Shown piece by piece: positions 47,915 to 61,742 of a DNA stretch of 64,000 nt. Numbering within the stretch: the first letter of the stretch is position 1; every line of letters starts with the position of its first letter. The position numbers and the translations under genes are program-made. Location of the stretch: NCBI GenBank assembly GCA_964106645.2, contig OZ067048.1. One strand, given 5' to 3'. The notes under the pieces are model-generated. The model was not told the origin of the DNA and searched no databases. It was given only the letters and a program-made list of their open reading frames with translations. The stretch comes from Podarcis pityusensis (Eukaryota).

Positions 47915-48922
47915 TTACTTTCTGGTATATTCTAGAGAGTATATTTACCATGCCTGAGACAGACTGCTTTCCCTTCTCCCTCACAGGTTTCAGTATGTGC
48001 TCTGGCAAGCCACAGCCCATTCACTGAAGTGTAATCCTATCACAGAGACTGTTGAAGGGTAAGCAAGTTGCATCCTGGATAGCTCTATCTAAGTGTCCAC
48101 TCCTGAGAGAGGCCTCACACACTTGAGAAATACTGTTTCCACTGATTATAATGGAGCTTCTAAGTAGATGTGTTTAAGGCTGTATCTATAATGTCATAAT
48201 ATTGAGAAAGGGTGCAGTAGGAAGAATACCTGAGAAGCCCAGAACTAACACTCTTATTAGCAGTGTTCTAAATGTAACCCTCTCTCCTTTTCCTGATACA
48301 AAATAGTCCTATTTCCAGTTCCATCACTGGCCTGTTAAGTAATTTGCGAAAAGCTAACAAAGTCTGGCTACATCCTCATAGCGACTGTTTAAACCCATTA
48401 CTTTTTCTTTTAATCAAATCGTTGTTGTGTCAAAATATACAATTCTCGCCATGAATCTCACTGGCTTGTTACAGTTCACCGGTTGACCTTGAAAATGTTT
48501 GCTCTCCTAAGCGTCTTTTCTCTGGCCTCCAGCTAAATTGCTCAAGACCAGGCCTGATCATTTTTCTATACACAGAGAATGCTGATTAACATAAACAAAA
48601 CAGCTACCCTAACAGCAACAAAGAAACACTCAATGGGTTTTTTTTAATGCCCTTGGCTGGGAATGCACTGTATATAGTGCATTTAATCTACTACTAGAAT
48701 TAGAAAACTTGATATTTATATCAAAATGTCAAGAAATATTCCTAGAGGAATAAATGCAAATTCTAAAAAAAAACCTACCTACTATCCTTGTGTAAGTGAT
48801 GAATCCCCATTTCCTTCCTTTTTAATGCTTCTGTGAAATATCTGAATTCGCTGGCTAACCAAGAAAGGGCAATGCAATACTGTTTGAACAAGCATCCACT
48901 CACTAATATAAGGCAGTTGCGT

Positions 48923-49317
48923 NNNNNNNNNNNNNNNNNNNNNNNNNNNNNNNNNNNNNNNNNNNNNNNNNNNNNNNNNNNNNNNNNNNNNNNNNNNNNN
49001 NNNNNNNNNNNNNNNNNNNNNNNNNNNNNNNNNNNNNNNNNNNNNNNNNNNNNNNNNNNNNNNNNNNNNNNNNNNNNNNNNNNNNNNNNNNNNNNNNNNN
49101 NNNNNNNNNNNNNNNNNNNNNNNNNNNNNNNNNNNNNNNNNNNNNNNNNNNNNNNNNNNNNNNNNNNNNNNNNNNNNNNNNNNNNNNNNNNNNNNNNNNN
49201 NNNNNNNNNNNNNNNNNNNNNNNNNNNNNNNNNNNNNNNNNNNNNNNNNNNNNNNNNNNNNNNNNNNNNNNNNNNNNNNNNNNNNNNNNNNNNNNNNNNN
49301 NNNNNNNNNNNNNNNNN
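48923..49317. other. N-run, 395 nt
   Basis: Counted from sequence. Confidence 0.99.
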
Positions 49318-50875
49318 GACTGCAAACTAGGGCACAGAATAGCAGAGGGGAAAAGGGAGGTATTAATGGAATCCTGAGCCGCAAACACTGAACTGAAAAT
49401 GAAAGAAGTTCCTAGCATTTTATCTAATGAAAATGAAAAGGCAAAAAAGAGAACAAAAACAAAACAAAGTTCCTATTCTTCTGGGTGCACAGCTATTTGT
49501 GTAGAAATTTATCCCCCATTACCCTCCTTACCACCATTTAAAACAGGTTTGAATTTGAATCAAATTCACCTTACCTCATATCAAGATAATTCAGATAGTA
49601 AAGCTTGAAATTTAAAATGTATTGTTTTATTTAGAAAACACTAAGAGAAACTCATTGGCCCCAATCTAGTTCTAGCCACACAAGTGCAATGACTGTTCTC
49701 AGATAGGGACTGTTCTGCCCATCTACATCAAAGGGCACATTAAGGTGGTTCCACGGGACCTGGGTGAACATGTCAAGGTATCAAGATATGAATCTTTATC
49801 CACCCCAGCACTAAAAATTTTCCTTACCTACATCAGAGTGACAACATGCGACTACGAAGGAAAATTAAGAGAGATGTAAATTAGCAAAAAGCGATGGGAA
49901 GGACATGCCTTACAAGCTACTGTCCAGCTCCTAGCCATACAGAAAACGGGTTCCTGGGAACTGCTTTCTATTTTGCCCTTATTAACCAGTTAACTCTTAG
50001 CCTTAGTTCAGCCAGTAAGTACAAGGTCCTATGCCAAGTTTAAAAACATAACACATCCCTGCAATTTTCTAGTTACTCCCTGATATTAGCTAGCACCTCA
50101 AGAAATAACTTACTTGTAATTAGTCTTGCTTTAGTTAGTGGTTCATTTGTTATATAAAATATTTACTTTGCAATTTGACTTTAAGAGCATTCCTTGCTGT
50201 AAAATGCTGTTTAAAAATTCATTCCTTTGACTATAGCATCCCATACAACTGCACACAATTAACAAATCCATTATCTGACTGCATGAGCCATTACACTCCC
50301 CCCCCCCAAAAGTCAAGCACTACTTTTGGAATTATTGACTTCCACTGACTGCATGGCAATTAAGGCATTGTTTCAAATCCACACATTTATTATAAGCTAT
50401 TTTATAATACCTTAATGTTAGCATATATATTCTAATAAATTCCAATTATTTCTTTATTGTTTTGAACATGCAATGCTTTTTTGGCAGAAGGTCTGAATGT
50501 TTTAAACACTTAAGGACTCTCTTGCTTGTGTACGTATCTTTTGGAAGTCAGTCCATTCTGCCTGCCATTTATTTTTCAACAGAATTTTATTCTTTGGATA
50601 TTTTATTGCATTAAGAGGGCAGAATGGGGTGACTGATTTCAAAATATTGAATTTATGGGGGGAAAGGCTTGTTTGCATAGAGTGGTGGACATTATGCTAC
50701 ACAAAGGCCATAAAATTCAAAGCAGGTGCAATAGTGGCAAAACTCAAGGGGATAACACCTATAGGCAAGCACAACTAGTCATGGGTAGCTAGTGGATCCC
50801 AGTCTTCAAACCAGAGATGCAGCTGGGTAATTTTAGACCCTGCCTACAGAATGAAAATTGAGCCTGCTCTGCTGT

Positions 50876-50990
50876 GGGAAGAGCCATGGCTCAGTGGTAG
50901 AGCACAGACTGCATGCAAAAGGTCTCAGAGCACCACTGAGAGAGAGACTATTGTCTGATATCCTGGACAGTCACTGCAAATGAGTGTAGG
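50876..50990 (+). mobile_element. tRNA-derived SINE remnant
   Basis: A-box tggctcagtggtagagc followed by tgcatgcaaaaggtc (tRNA-Ala/Cys-like); B-box deleted; non-tRNA body follows. Confidence 0.65.
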
Positions 50991-50999
50991 GTAGCCTTC

Positions 51000-51100
51000 T
51001 ATAGCCTTGGGTCCCCAGATGTTGTTGGACTGCAACTCCCATCATCCCCACCCAACTTAACCAATGGGCAGGGATAATAGTAGTTGCAGTTCAACATCCA
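51000..51100. mobile_element. Short hAT-type MITE
   Basis: ccagatgttgttggactgcaactcccatcatcccc..ccaatgggcagggata..gttgcagttcaaca. Confidence 0.6.
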
Positions 51101-51849
51101 AGAGGAAGAATACCAATGTAGACAGTTCTGAGGTGGGCGGACCAACAGACTATCCAATAAGGCAGTTTTTCTGATTCTGGAAAACCCACACCACTTGGTG
51201 GTATTTCTTGTCCCCAGTATGTAGAAATAATTTTGTTTGGGCAGGCATTCTTTGCACCCCATCTTAAACACTGATTGAGGAGGAGATATCTCAGCAAATC
51301 AATGATTACATCTGATGTAATGATTACATCTATGATATTTTATGTCTGCAATTTAATTATATATTAGTTAAGCTTCAGTATTTTATACAGCGACTTTTAT
51401 TCCCACAAATCCTATATTTATACTACAAATTTTTTGAATGGCATTTTAATTACAATGCTGAGCTGCGCATAAGCTCTCATTCCTCTACTAGAAGTATTTA
51501 TTATGCAGAAAAGCTTATCATTGCAGGGTGGGGGAGATAGAGCTGGGGCAAAGATGACATGCTACTGGGTAGGCAAAGGAATTCCTCAGTTTTGGCATCT
51601 CTCAAATATAACCATTGTACAATACTAATTCAATTGATTTTACTTCTAGAAATACCACAGAATAAACAAAGACTATATGAAAATGATAGTATTATGCCAT
51701 TACAGATCACGACAGGCCATTCCTGTACCATACAAAAGTGCCTCACTGCTTAGTATTAGATGCTGCATTTGCACCCCCCTCCTCCTGACCAGAGCAGAGT
51801 AGTCAAGCCAGCACAAGGTATAACAGAGTGGTTGGACACCAGAAAAGGA

Positions 51850-51990
51850 GTTTGACAAGGCTGTCACATCTGCTCAATATTTATACAGAAATAATAATGT
51901 GTATTGCTGTTGATGGTTTCCATAGTGGTATTAGCATTGGCAGAAGGAGATGTAATCTCAAGGATGCTGATGACATCCCTATTGCTGAGT
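51850..51990 (+). mobile_element. Ancient RTE-like RT fragment
   Basis: (R)QGC..S.LLNIYTEIIM..GISIGRRRCNLKDADD resembles RTE RT motifs (LFNIYTE..GI.IGGR..NLRYADD). Confidence 0.6.
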
Positions 51991-54528
51991 CTGTGGTTTC
52001 TTGTATCTGAAAGCAAGAGGCTGAAAAGTAGGTGCTAAGAATGACAGTCGAGAAGGAGCATATTTCAACAGCATTATTAGATGGAAATGAATATGGTAAC
52101 CATGTAAGAGAGTTTGACTGCCAAGATTCTGTGGAGAACAGAAATGGCAACCCTCTTTCTGACATTGAAGCCAATGGTTATTAGTATCTTCCATGTTTCA
52201 TTTTCAGTAACAGGGTTGCCAACAACCAATATAGAAGGATCCTAATGTGCCATGTATTTCTGCAAGGCAGGTAGATATTCATTAGGTGTAGGATATTTTA
52301 TCATTACAGTATTGTGAAAGCCACATTTTCCATTTCTCGGGGCGGGAGGGGGGACACATTTCTGTCAATGGCAACTTTAGCTTAGGGTCAGTCAACTTTC
52401 TTGGAAGGAAAGCAGATGCAAGGTGCACTTTGATTTCATTATGATGAAAGGCTTGTTGTTGCCTTGAAAAACAACAACATGTAAATGTTTTTCTTCAGAA
52501 ATGTGCCTTTGATCTTCCAAAAGAGAAAAACAAGAACTACAACTAGGGACTGTCAGTTAATAATTGGGGTGCACTACCTTTTAACAATCATTCTTTATTC
52601 CTTAATTTCCAAAAGATGGTATGTACCTGCATATCTGCGCCAGTGTGATAAAGTTAAAATATATTTACCCTATTGTTATTTATTTATTTAGAACTTACAT
52701 ATCATGTCTTATATATGCCGTTGCAGGCAGACTTACATTTTCAAAACACACCACAGAATAGGGAAGCAAAATGGTTAGAGGTCTATCAAAGTAAACTGAG
52801 GAGTAGCTGTAGAAAACTAGACTTGTTCATAATTATATGAAACTTGTTCTACTGGTTATTGACAGAGAGAGTGTGCTAGTCTGCACTATTACATATCAAT
52901 GTAAATAAAAACCAGGCTTACATCTTCTTAAGTAAAATTCAACTCTAGTCATAAGGCCAGAGTTTCATACCACTTCTGTTAATAACCTAGGTGGGTCTTG
53001 CATTAGCTTTATAGGTGGTGAAATTCACCTGATACCTGCAAGTTCTTTACTATAATTCAAGAACTGCTTATATTAGCATGTAGTTCAATCATGAATGCCT
53101 CAATGTACAGATTTCAACTCAAAGAGCTGAAGATCAACATAGAGAGATGTAGCTACTGTCAAAATGAGTTAAGCCCAGAGTGATGATGATGACAATATCT
53201 TAGCCTGTGAGAACATGACAAGTGATTGAAGGAAATATCAGCTGATTCTAGAAACTTGAAGATTTCACTCCTCCTCTATGTCTATATTTCCTGGCAGATA
53301 GAGAGAGATGTTGGTATTCACCAGGGAAATTACTATCTACTTTGTTGCTGAAATTTTGACATTGTGTTTGAAAATGAGCTAGAGCAAAGAGTTCGCTAGA
53401 ACAGGGTCAACAACCTAAGTGTGTACAGTTATAGGACAGTAGAAGTGAACTAAGGTTTCAGTTTAGACAAAGATATTAAAGAATTAAATACTGGAAAATA
53501 GATTAAAGGCTAGCCAAATTTTTTGGCAGTTGACCATATATGCCTGTCATTTACTTTTACGTTTTACAGTTTACAATGATCTGATAAAAATCCAAAAGGT
53601 AGGCAGAACCTAACATGATTGTTTACTCAACTTACACTAAAGACAAAGTACAAAAATGTTTTGGGTTATTATAGTTACTATGGGGGGGGGGAGAGCTTAT
53701 TTTCTTTATCTTCTAATGGGTTGGGGTTTTCTTTCTCTCTTTGTTATTTTGCATTTCAGAACTGTACAATAATCTTCAACATAAAATTCAAATTATGTAA
53801 CCACCCTGAGTTAAACATGGATTCTTGGAAGTAAATTTCACTTTTTTCAATGGACTAAGTACTTAGGAATGCAACATAAGGAAGGTATTCAAATCTTCTT
53901 GATTGTACAGGAACACTTATTTAATAGCTCAAATACACTGTAATATTATTAATATGCCAGGTGGTAGAATGGGATCAGTTTATTCCTTAAAGTATTATTT
54001 TATTTTGACTAATCTTGTATAAATTACAGCCCAACCCTATAATTCTGTGATGGAAAAATATTTTAGATTCGGGTACCTCTGTGTGGGTGAAATGTTACAG
54101 TGGGATTACTTATGAGTTTAAGGCTACTCCAGGATGTTGTGAGTCACTAGTACTATGACACCACTATGAAGACTTAATGTGACACCTAAATGCATGAATA
54201 AGGGAGTGAGAGAATGGTGAGACAATTCATGGAGATGAGTACCCAGCAGCCTTATAACACAACTTTATCTGAAAATACTATTTAGTAACATGTTACAAGC
54301 AACAAAACAATAAATAATTGCTTCACTTTGTCTTGCTTAGGGTACCACTGTAGCTATGCTGTGATGTTACAAATATGTACTACTATTGGGTTCAGAATAT
54401 TGGTGGGAATGCCTTCCCCTTCCTTCCTTTATAGCATTTTTTTACTACTTTTCAGCTGAAAAAGGTTCTCAGAATGGCTTACAAAGATCAATACAGACTT
54501 ACAAGCAAAAGATTTGAACCTGCCTATA

Positions 54529-54778
54529 CAGTCGTACCTTGGAAGTCATACGGAATCCGTTCTGGAAGTCCATTCGACTACCAAAACGTTCGGAAACCAA
54601 AGCACGGCTTCTGATTGGCTGCAGGAAGCTCCTGCAGTCAATCGGGAGCCATGGAAGCCACGCCAGACACTTGGCTTCTGAAAATAGTTTGAAAACCAGA
54701 ACACTCACTTCCGGGTTTCGATCGTCCGGGAGCTGATTTGTTCAGGAGCCAAGGCGTTTGAGATCCAAGGTAAGGCTG
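54529..54778. mobile_element. Tc1/mariner (Tigger-type) MITE, second family
   Basis: TIRs cagtcgtaccttgga / tccaaggtaaggctg, TA TSD at 54527-54528 and 54779-54780, internal hairpin gattggctgcaggaagctcctgcagtcaatc. Confidence 0.88.
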
Positions 54779-55191
54779 TATTCCAGAATATCTGGAAAAG
54801 ATCCGTTTCAAATGCCACTTTCTCAGAATGTTTTATGAGTGAGTGCCAAAGGCAGAGATCGCTCTCTGTTGTAGCAACACAACTGTGGAACATACTGTTC
54901 TGTTCCATTTAGAATGGCTTTATCTGTTTTTATGATTGCATATTCTGTTGTTATAACCCACCGTGGGACCTTATGGTAAAGGGCAGGTAACAAGTTTTAT
55001 GAAATAAATAAAAATGCTTCCCAATAAAGCTCACTAGACTACAGCTGTTGTAATTTCAGTGGTGTAGAGAAACCTATTTATTTCAGGGGGGGAATGTGTA
55101 GTTTGTTTACATTTTCTCTGTTATCTTAATATATGTTTAATAAAAATATTTTTATTCCTCTAGTCATTTTTTATTGTTTCCACATCAACTT

Positions 55192-55282
55192 AGGCTGAAA
55201 TCCTATATCAACTCACTTGGGAGTAAGCCCCACTGAAGACAATGGGGCTTACTTTTGAGAAGACACGTAGAGGATTGCACTG
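55192..55282. mobile_element. Short palindromic MITE-like repeat
   Basis: aatcctat..agtaagcccca / tggggcttact..aggattgc foldback. Confidence 0.65.
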
Positions 55283-57102
55283 TCAATTTTTATAGAATGA
55301 ATACTTTAACATTTTTAATATATATAAGCATTCTAAAGGGCTAAATAATTTTCTTGCATGAATTTGTGAAACAATGAAATTTTGATTTTCCACATCACAT
55401 TAATTCCACTTCAATTCAGTTCACAGAAAATTTATGCCAGTGTAGATGGAAATAGAATAAAGTTCATTTTCCCAAAAGTTATACATTTACATTGCCCAAG
55501 TTTGTTGTTTTGTAACTGACTCAGTTGTGAAATTTACGGACAGCCATTTAAATCTGGACTAGGCTGGTAATGGCTGAAAGTTGTAGCTAGCTGACAGCTG
55601 TTCAGGGACCTGTGTGCAATGAGTTGGCAATTTCAGTTGAGTCACTATCAGACAAAGTAATGGTAGAAACTGGCATCCTTTATGGCATTTTCAGCAGAAG
55701 GGCCAAAGCAGCAATGGGCATGATGACAAATGACCACCTTGCCTCTTGGCCTATAATCAAGACTAGAACCAAGCATTTAGTCTGGGCCACACTGTTCATC
55801 CAGAGCTTTCCCTGTGACTGCTGGTGTAAAAGCAAGCATGAGATCTCTAGCTTAAAGAGAGCTTACAATGTTCAATACTCCAATTTCTGAGCCTCATATG
55901 GCCCTGATTTTGTACCCCCCATTCACTTTGTCCCCTGCTCAATTACTCTCCCTTTCCCTAGACTCTCTGATATCTTGCACCAAAGCTTTCAGTAGAATTG
56001 GTCTTGGAGATTATTGTTTGTTTATTTATTTATAGACATTTATGGAACACCCATGGTATTTCTTCATTTGTGCTACACCACCAACATCAAGACCTGCTGT
56101 TTAGGATATTTGGAAATGCGTTTCTGACAGTTGTGGATTGCTGCCTCAATCCACTAGTGGCTGTATGTGTATGACAGAAGGTTTCTACATGCATGTCCCT
56201 AATGGATGGGGAATCGAATGTGCAAATAGATCACATGTGAGTGGTTCCCCTTCCTGAGTATACTGGGTAGTGCATTCAAAGCCCCTTGTGGCAAAGCTCA
56301 AAAAAATGAACATCCTGCAGATCAGCAGTACTGGAGGTGGTACAAGAGGTTTGGATTCACTCATTCCCCCTGCCAAACAGCTGATCAGCAGGATTGTAGC
56401 TTTTTAAAAGTGAGCTGTGCACACTGTGTTGGATTGGAGCCTGGATTATTAAATTGTCAAGAGTGTCAATTTGGCTTCTTCATACACCTTGACTTCCTAA
56501 ACTCACCAATCCCAACTCATTATCTCTTTTATGGAAAAATAACTTAAAACTATTTGTTTCTAGATAGGATGCCAAAACATTATACAGATTTAGTCTAGAA
56601 GGAAGCCTGTGTTTAAACACACACGCAAACAAACACATTTGTGCTTTGAGTTTAACAGCTCATTTTCAGTTTTTAAAAAAGTTTTCTGATTTATCTTGCT
56701 GTAAACTTCTTTTATTTAATTAATTCCCTCACTTCACATTTTATTGACCCTCAGTACTACAACACGGAAAACATAACTGTAGATAATACAGTCAGAACTC
56801 ATTTTACATAAATAATGTGTAAAACACATACTTAGCCAAAAAACTGCAAGAAAATACATTCTTCTCCCACAGGAGCATTGCAGAAATAGAGTACTTGACT
56901 GGTGTCTCGAAGAGCACCATTTAAACTTCCTCATAGGAATGTATAGGAATGAATAGAAGACAAAGAACAAAAATATCAGTGATAAATTGTAATGAACAAT
57001 AACGGGCAAGGAACAAGTACTACTGAAACAGATATCACAGCACTGTAGAACTGGAACCAGAAATCTTGAATGAGCCTTCCCACAGTACTTTGCCAGTCCC
57101 AC

Positions 57103-57143
57103 AGTGCGCGTGTGTGCGCGTGTGCGTGTGCACACACACACAC
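57103..57143. repeat. Alternating purine-pyrimidine tract (GT/GC/CA)
   Basis: gtgcgcgtgtgtgcgcgtgtgcgtgtgcacacacacacac. Confidence 0.9.
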
Positions 57144-57674
57144 AGTGCTTGTGGCACATACCTTGGAAAACAGATATTTTAATTCTATGATCTGTTCAAA
57201 ATGTTTTATCTCCTCTTCTTACCGTTCAAAAAGAAAATAGCCTTTGCACCACCCAATTATATATGTTGACAAGATAGAAACTATAACCAATGAAAGGGAG
57301 AAATTAAATAATTTCTTATTTACCAAATAGAATATACATTGTCTTGATAACAACACATATAAGGTAAATCACTTTGAGATGCCTCATTGGAAACACTTTA
57401 TAAATGTTGTAACAACAAAAACAATACGGTGTCAATTTTATAACTGCCCATGACAGTAAACATACTGATTCCTCTTTTGCCAAACCAGTGTGGCTTAGTT
57501 GATCGAGTGTTGTACTTGACTTGGAACTCCTGCTCTCAGATCTGTGTTTAATTATGACCTCCCTGGATGGTATTGAGCTCTTAACCACTCTCAGTTCCTT
57601 AACACTTGGAATATCTGTTAATCTGTTTGACAAGGCTGGAGTGAGAATGCAAAGCACTTTTCTTCACCTGTCCT

Positions 57675-57794
57675 TGGGTTGGGGCAGCCCAATGTTTCAT
57701 ATCAAGTGGGCCACAAGAGTACTTCAACACAGAATCCACGGGCTGCACAATGCCTTGTCACACATGCAAAGGGTGGGGAGCAAGGCCAAAATTT

Positions 57795-57833
<39 letters not shown>

Positions 57834-58083
57834 GCCCTCGTCCCAGAGCCCTCCCACCTCTTTCACAAAGCAGGGAAAGCACTAGCCAGGTTTTGGGAAG
57901 GAGGCAGGAAGACTCTAGGTCCCCGTCAGAGCCTTCACATCTCCTTCCCAAAGCCCAATTCCTCACTTACCCGGCCTTGGTAGGCAGCACGAGAGCTAGG
58001 GGCATCAAATGTTGCTGAGGGCCACAAAAAAAAAAGCCTTAGGGGCCATGTGCAGCCCTTGAACCATGTGTTTGACCACCCTG
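57675..58083. mobile_element. Degenerate hAT/Charlie-type non-autonomous element containing (CA)n at 57796-57832
   Basis: Repeated gggccac subterminal motifs near both ends; right end gtttgaccaccctg. Confidence 0.5.
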
Positions 58084-58969
58084 CCTTGGGTGTAATTGGC
58101 ATCACAGTGGAGCTGTGACAAAACTCCCACAGATATTAATTACCCTTTGGTACTTTTATATTAGTACGTCAGTGGCTGGTGTGTGTCTCTCTTCTTGTCT
58201 TTGCTGTTCATTCCCCCATTCCTTCCTACAGCACTTTGCCTTCTCCTCCGGTTTAATCTTCCAATCTCTTCTGTCCCCGTCCTCTCCCTTTGGAGTAGGC
58301 CCTTCTTAGTGCACATTAACATGTGTCATGAACATTAATGAACAACTCCAGAAGAAAGGAAAAGAGGAAAGGAAAGGGAAAAAAGCAGTTCAGCACTGCT
58401 GTCAGTTTTTAACTAATTCCTGCAGACAGCCCTGAATTCCATGGTGTTGGTTACAGCTGTGAAATCGCGATAAGCTAAGGCCCTGCTGTGTTCTCTACCT
58501 TTTCATCAGTTCGTGCATGGCCTGAATGTTGAACAGTCACACCATGTTGAGAAAGACTAAATTCTTGTCGTAGCCCTTGAAAAGAGAACCTATGTGAACA
58601 GTTCTTCTTTTTCAGGGAACAAGCTTCCCAACATAGCAGGTCTATAGTAAAACTGATTTTGCTTAATTAGCTATTCTCGAGAAGGAGGAAAGCTTTACTT
58701 AACATTGTACCAAGTTATTTTCTTGTGTGAGTCATATTTTGTAACTTGCTATTATAGAATGCCCAGGTGACATAGCAATCATCAGCTGGAAACACACATG
58801 CATTCAAATATGGGAGATAATATTTAAAAGAAACTGAAATAGTAATGTATAATTATTCTAACTAGGATTATCACTTGCTTAAAGTGATCTTAACCAACAT
58901 CATATGAATTTTAGAGGATTAGATTAAATATGCAGGTGAGAAAAACAAGTTTTTTCACCAGCACTCCAC

Positions 58970-59310
58970 ACTTTGGCATAAGTGGTAGATGATTTTATTT
59001 ACCTAGGTTCCACAATAACCAAAACCTCTCCATCGATGCTGAGCTGGACAAGCAATGGCTCACCTCTCTAAAAGGATATGGGAGAATGTGATGCTAACAT
59101 CCAATACCGAGATGAAGGTCTACCAGGCTTGCGTGTTGAGCGTGCTGCTTTATGGAAGTGAGTCGTGGGCAACTTACAACTGCCAGGAGCAATGCCTCAA
59201 TGCCTTGCACATGTGCTGTGTCAAGAAGATTTTGGGCATCACATGGCAGGACAGGGTCTCAGACAAAGAAGTGCTCTTCCAAGCTCACATTCCCAGCATG
59301 TTCACACTCG
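58970..59310 (+). mobile_element. RTE-clade LINE fragment (non-BovB)
   Basis: F.YLGS.I..NLSIDAELD..LSKRIWEN..L...T.MKVYQACVLSVLLYGSESW..ILGITWQDRVS.KEVL, typical RTE ORF downstream of RT. Confidence 0.88.
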
Positions 59311-61611
59311 TTTTGATCCACAGCCCCCTTCACGCCTGCCATATCACCCTTACTGATGTAAATCACTTCAAATTGGTATTTTTTTTTACAATTAACTGTT
59401 CTATAAATGTTATGCAATGAATAAATGTTAGTAGGCCATGGAGATTTCTGAAGTGGCGGTGAGGGTGCATCAGATGTTGCAGCTCCTGCTCTGAGTTCAA
59501 ACTTCTCTCTCAAGCTTCAGAAGTGCGATCTGATACTTTCTACGGCCCTTGGGATGCCCCATCCCCACCCCAGGGACCACAGGACTGCAGTGTTAATCAA
59601 TTTCTATGCTGCCTTTCAGTGATAACAACAATAAAAATAAACCAGTAAGTAATCAAACACAAACCAGTCTCAACAGAGACTCTTCTATAGCTCCTTCCAT
59701 CCTCTCTTGTAGGACCCATCTTTTTGGAATTAGCTCCTAAGGGAAGCATAGTTGCTGTCAACCTAGCTGTTCTTTTGTGCCAGGCAAGGATTATTTTAAA
59801 CATCCAGGCATTTAATACATTTTAGTGTCATGAATGGTTTTTAGATTTGCATTCATGCAATGAATGCCACATTTAGCTTGGCACCGAGTGCTACCACACC
59901 ATCAAGTCTGCCTTACTCAAGTTGAATGAAGTTTATAAATTTAGTAGGTAGAACTACAGGATTGAGAGTGAACTAAGTCTGTGCAGCACCCTTAATATAT
60001 TAGCCTGTATCAACAGGTTTACAAAAAGACACAAGCTGAAAGCAACAGAGCAAAGCACACCATGGTAGTAGAACCTTAAGTCAAAGAGATACCATGAATT
60101 GCTACTTGTGTGAACAAATCATAACATGGAGGGAGGGGGGACTTAAGTTTTTGATAACTATAAACTTCATTATAGTCAGCAAAAGTGCTTGTCACTGACG
60201 TTTAATTGTATTCAGTTTATCTATTAATATTATACACAGATCTGCCAGCCAGTATTCTAAATGCCTACTTTGCCTTCAGTTTTGCCGAATAAGCAATTTA
60301 GCTCCCTTCCATTGTGTTCAATGTCGCAGCGTTTGCAGTAGTATTTCAGAGCATTGATTAGTTTGTGCTATGCTAATTTTTAGCACAAAGGGAGAATTGA
60401 TTTACTTCAAGCTTGGCCTGTCTTAGCACTGAACTGGAAATAAGTCCATCGGAAATATGGAAAATGAGCAGTCACGTTAACAGCTGGATAAATGACTTGA
60501 CATTTGTGAGCTATAAAGTATTCGATGGATAAAAAGGATTTACCAATTAAAATAAAACATCAACCCTCCCATTATTTAGTAAAGGAAAAACAATACTGAT
60601 TGTGGATTTCTATATAAACCTCTGAATGGATAGTTCACATAACAGCAGGTAGCATCAACTGTATAATTCTGCCACTACTTTGGGGGCATGCAACTCTGCT
60701 TTTCTTAATGGAATACATGTTTGATACACTAATAGCTCTGTTTTTGGTTGCTAGCTATCTGAAGTGGCTGGTACCCTGATTCTATGGATAAGAATGGCTG
60801 AAAGTGGACACCAAGATGCATTGGCCATTATATCACTGTTATCTCTAGCAGCATCTTACTGCAAGAGAATTGGGACAGGTCTGTTATACCCTCCCCCCAT
60901 TTATGTGTGGGTTACATTCCAGGTCATCATGCACATCAGAGAGGCGTTGCACCCTCTTCCAGTGCTGAACATGGTGCAGATATGCACAGTTGTGAATGCA
61001 CTGAACGCAAGCAAATTGAGAATTGTCTGTACTTTGCTATGTTTCAACACAAATGCAAATTGCTACTATGTTATAAGATATATATTTGTTGGTTTTCTAG
61101 GAGAAGAGCATATAACATACTACATACATAAGTTTCCCCACTCTTGTTGTCTCTCTTAAGTACATCCCATTCCAGTTTCTGTTGTTCAACCCTTCTAGGT
61201 TTCTAGAATCTGAGCTTGAAAGAAAATTCCAGATGCATGGTCACCTGAAATGCTGCTGGACACCAAGAAAAATATAAACTCTTTGTTCAGGTTTGTGTAA
61301 AGCTGGTATCTTAAAATCCCTCGAACAGCACAGCCATGCAGAACATGGACCTAATCTACTGTCTGGCAACAGGGAAGTAGGGACCAGACTTCCTAACTGT
61401 TCAAGAAGGGATGGAAAACTCTGTCCTGTTTGTTGATAATAGTGGGGTTTGTTCTGCTGGTTCTTGTTTTGCTTTGTATTATTTGCTAAGCAACAGATTG
61501 AAGTTCTAAGCAAAGTGAAAGCAGGGCATTAATATTGTTAAGCCAGTCATTCCTCTGTGCAGCGAGATGTTTCAGAACCATGTACAAATATACAAGTTGT
61601 GTATAAATGGA

Positions 61612-61742
61612 GACAGCCAACATGTTGCCCTCCAAATGTTGCACTACATCTGCCATCAGCGCCAGCCAGCATGGCCAGTGGTGAGGCCTGATGGGAGTTG
61701 TAGGTGAACAACATCTGGAAGCCACCATATTGGCTATCACTT
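61612..61742. mobile_element. Short hAT-type MITE
   Basis: gccctccaaatgttgcactaca..gccagcatggcc..gatgggagttgtag..caacatctggaag. Confidence 0.6.

Noticed and set aside
9144-49418. ORFs in the track containing long X runs
   Set aside because: They are open only because Ns contain no stop codons.
50876-50935. Possible tRNA gene
   Set aside because: Only the A-box/D-arm is present; there is no T-arm/B-box or acceptor stem. It is a SINE head.
51301-51331. aatgattacatct duplicated with an internal palindrome
   Set aside because: Short local duplication; nothing suggests function.
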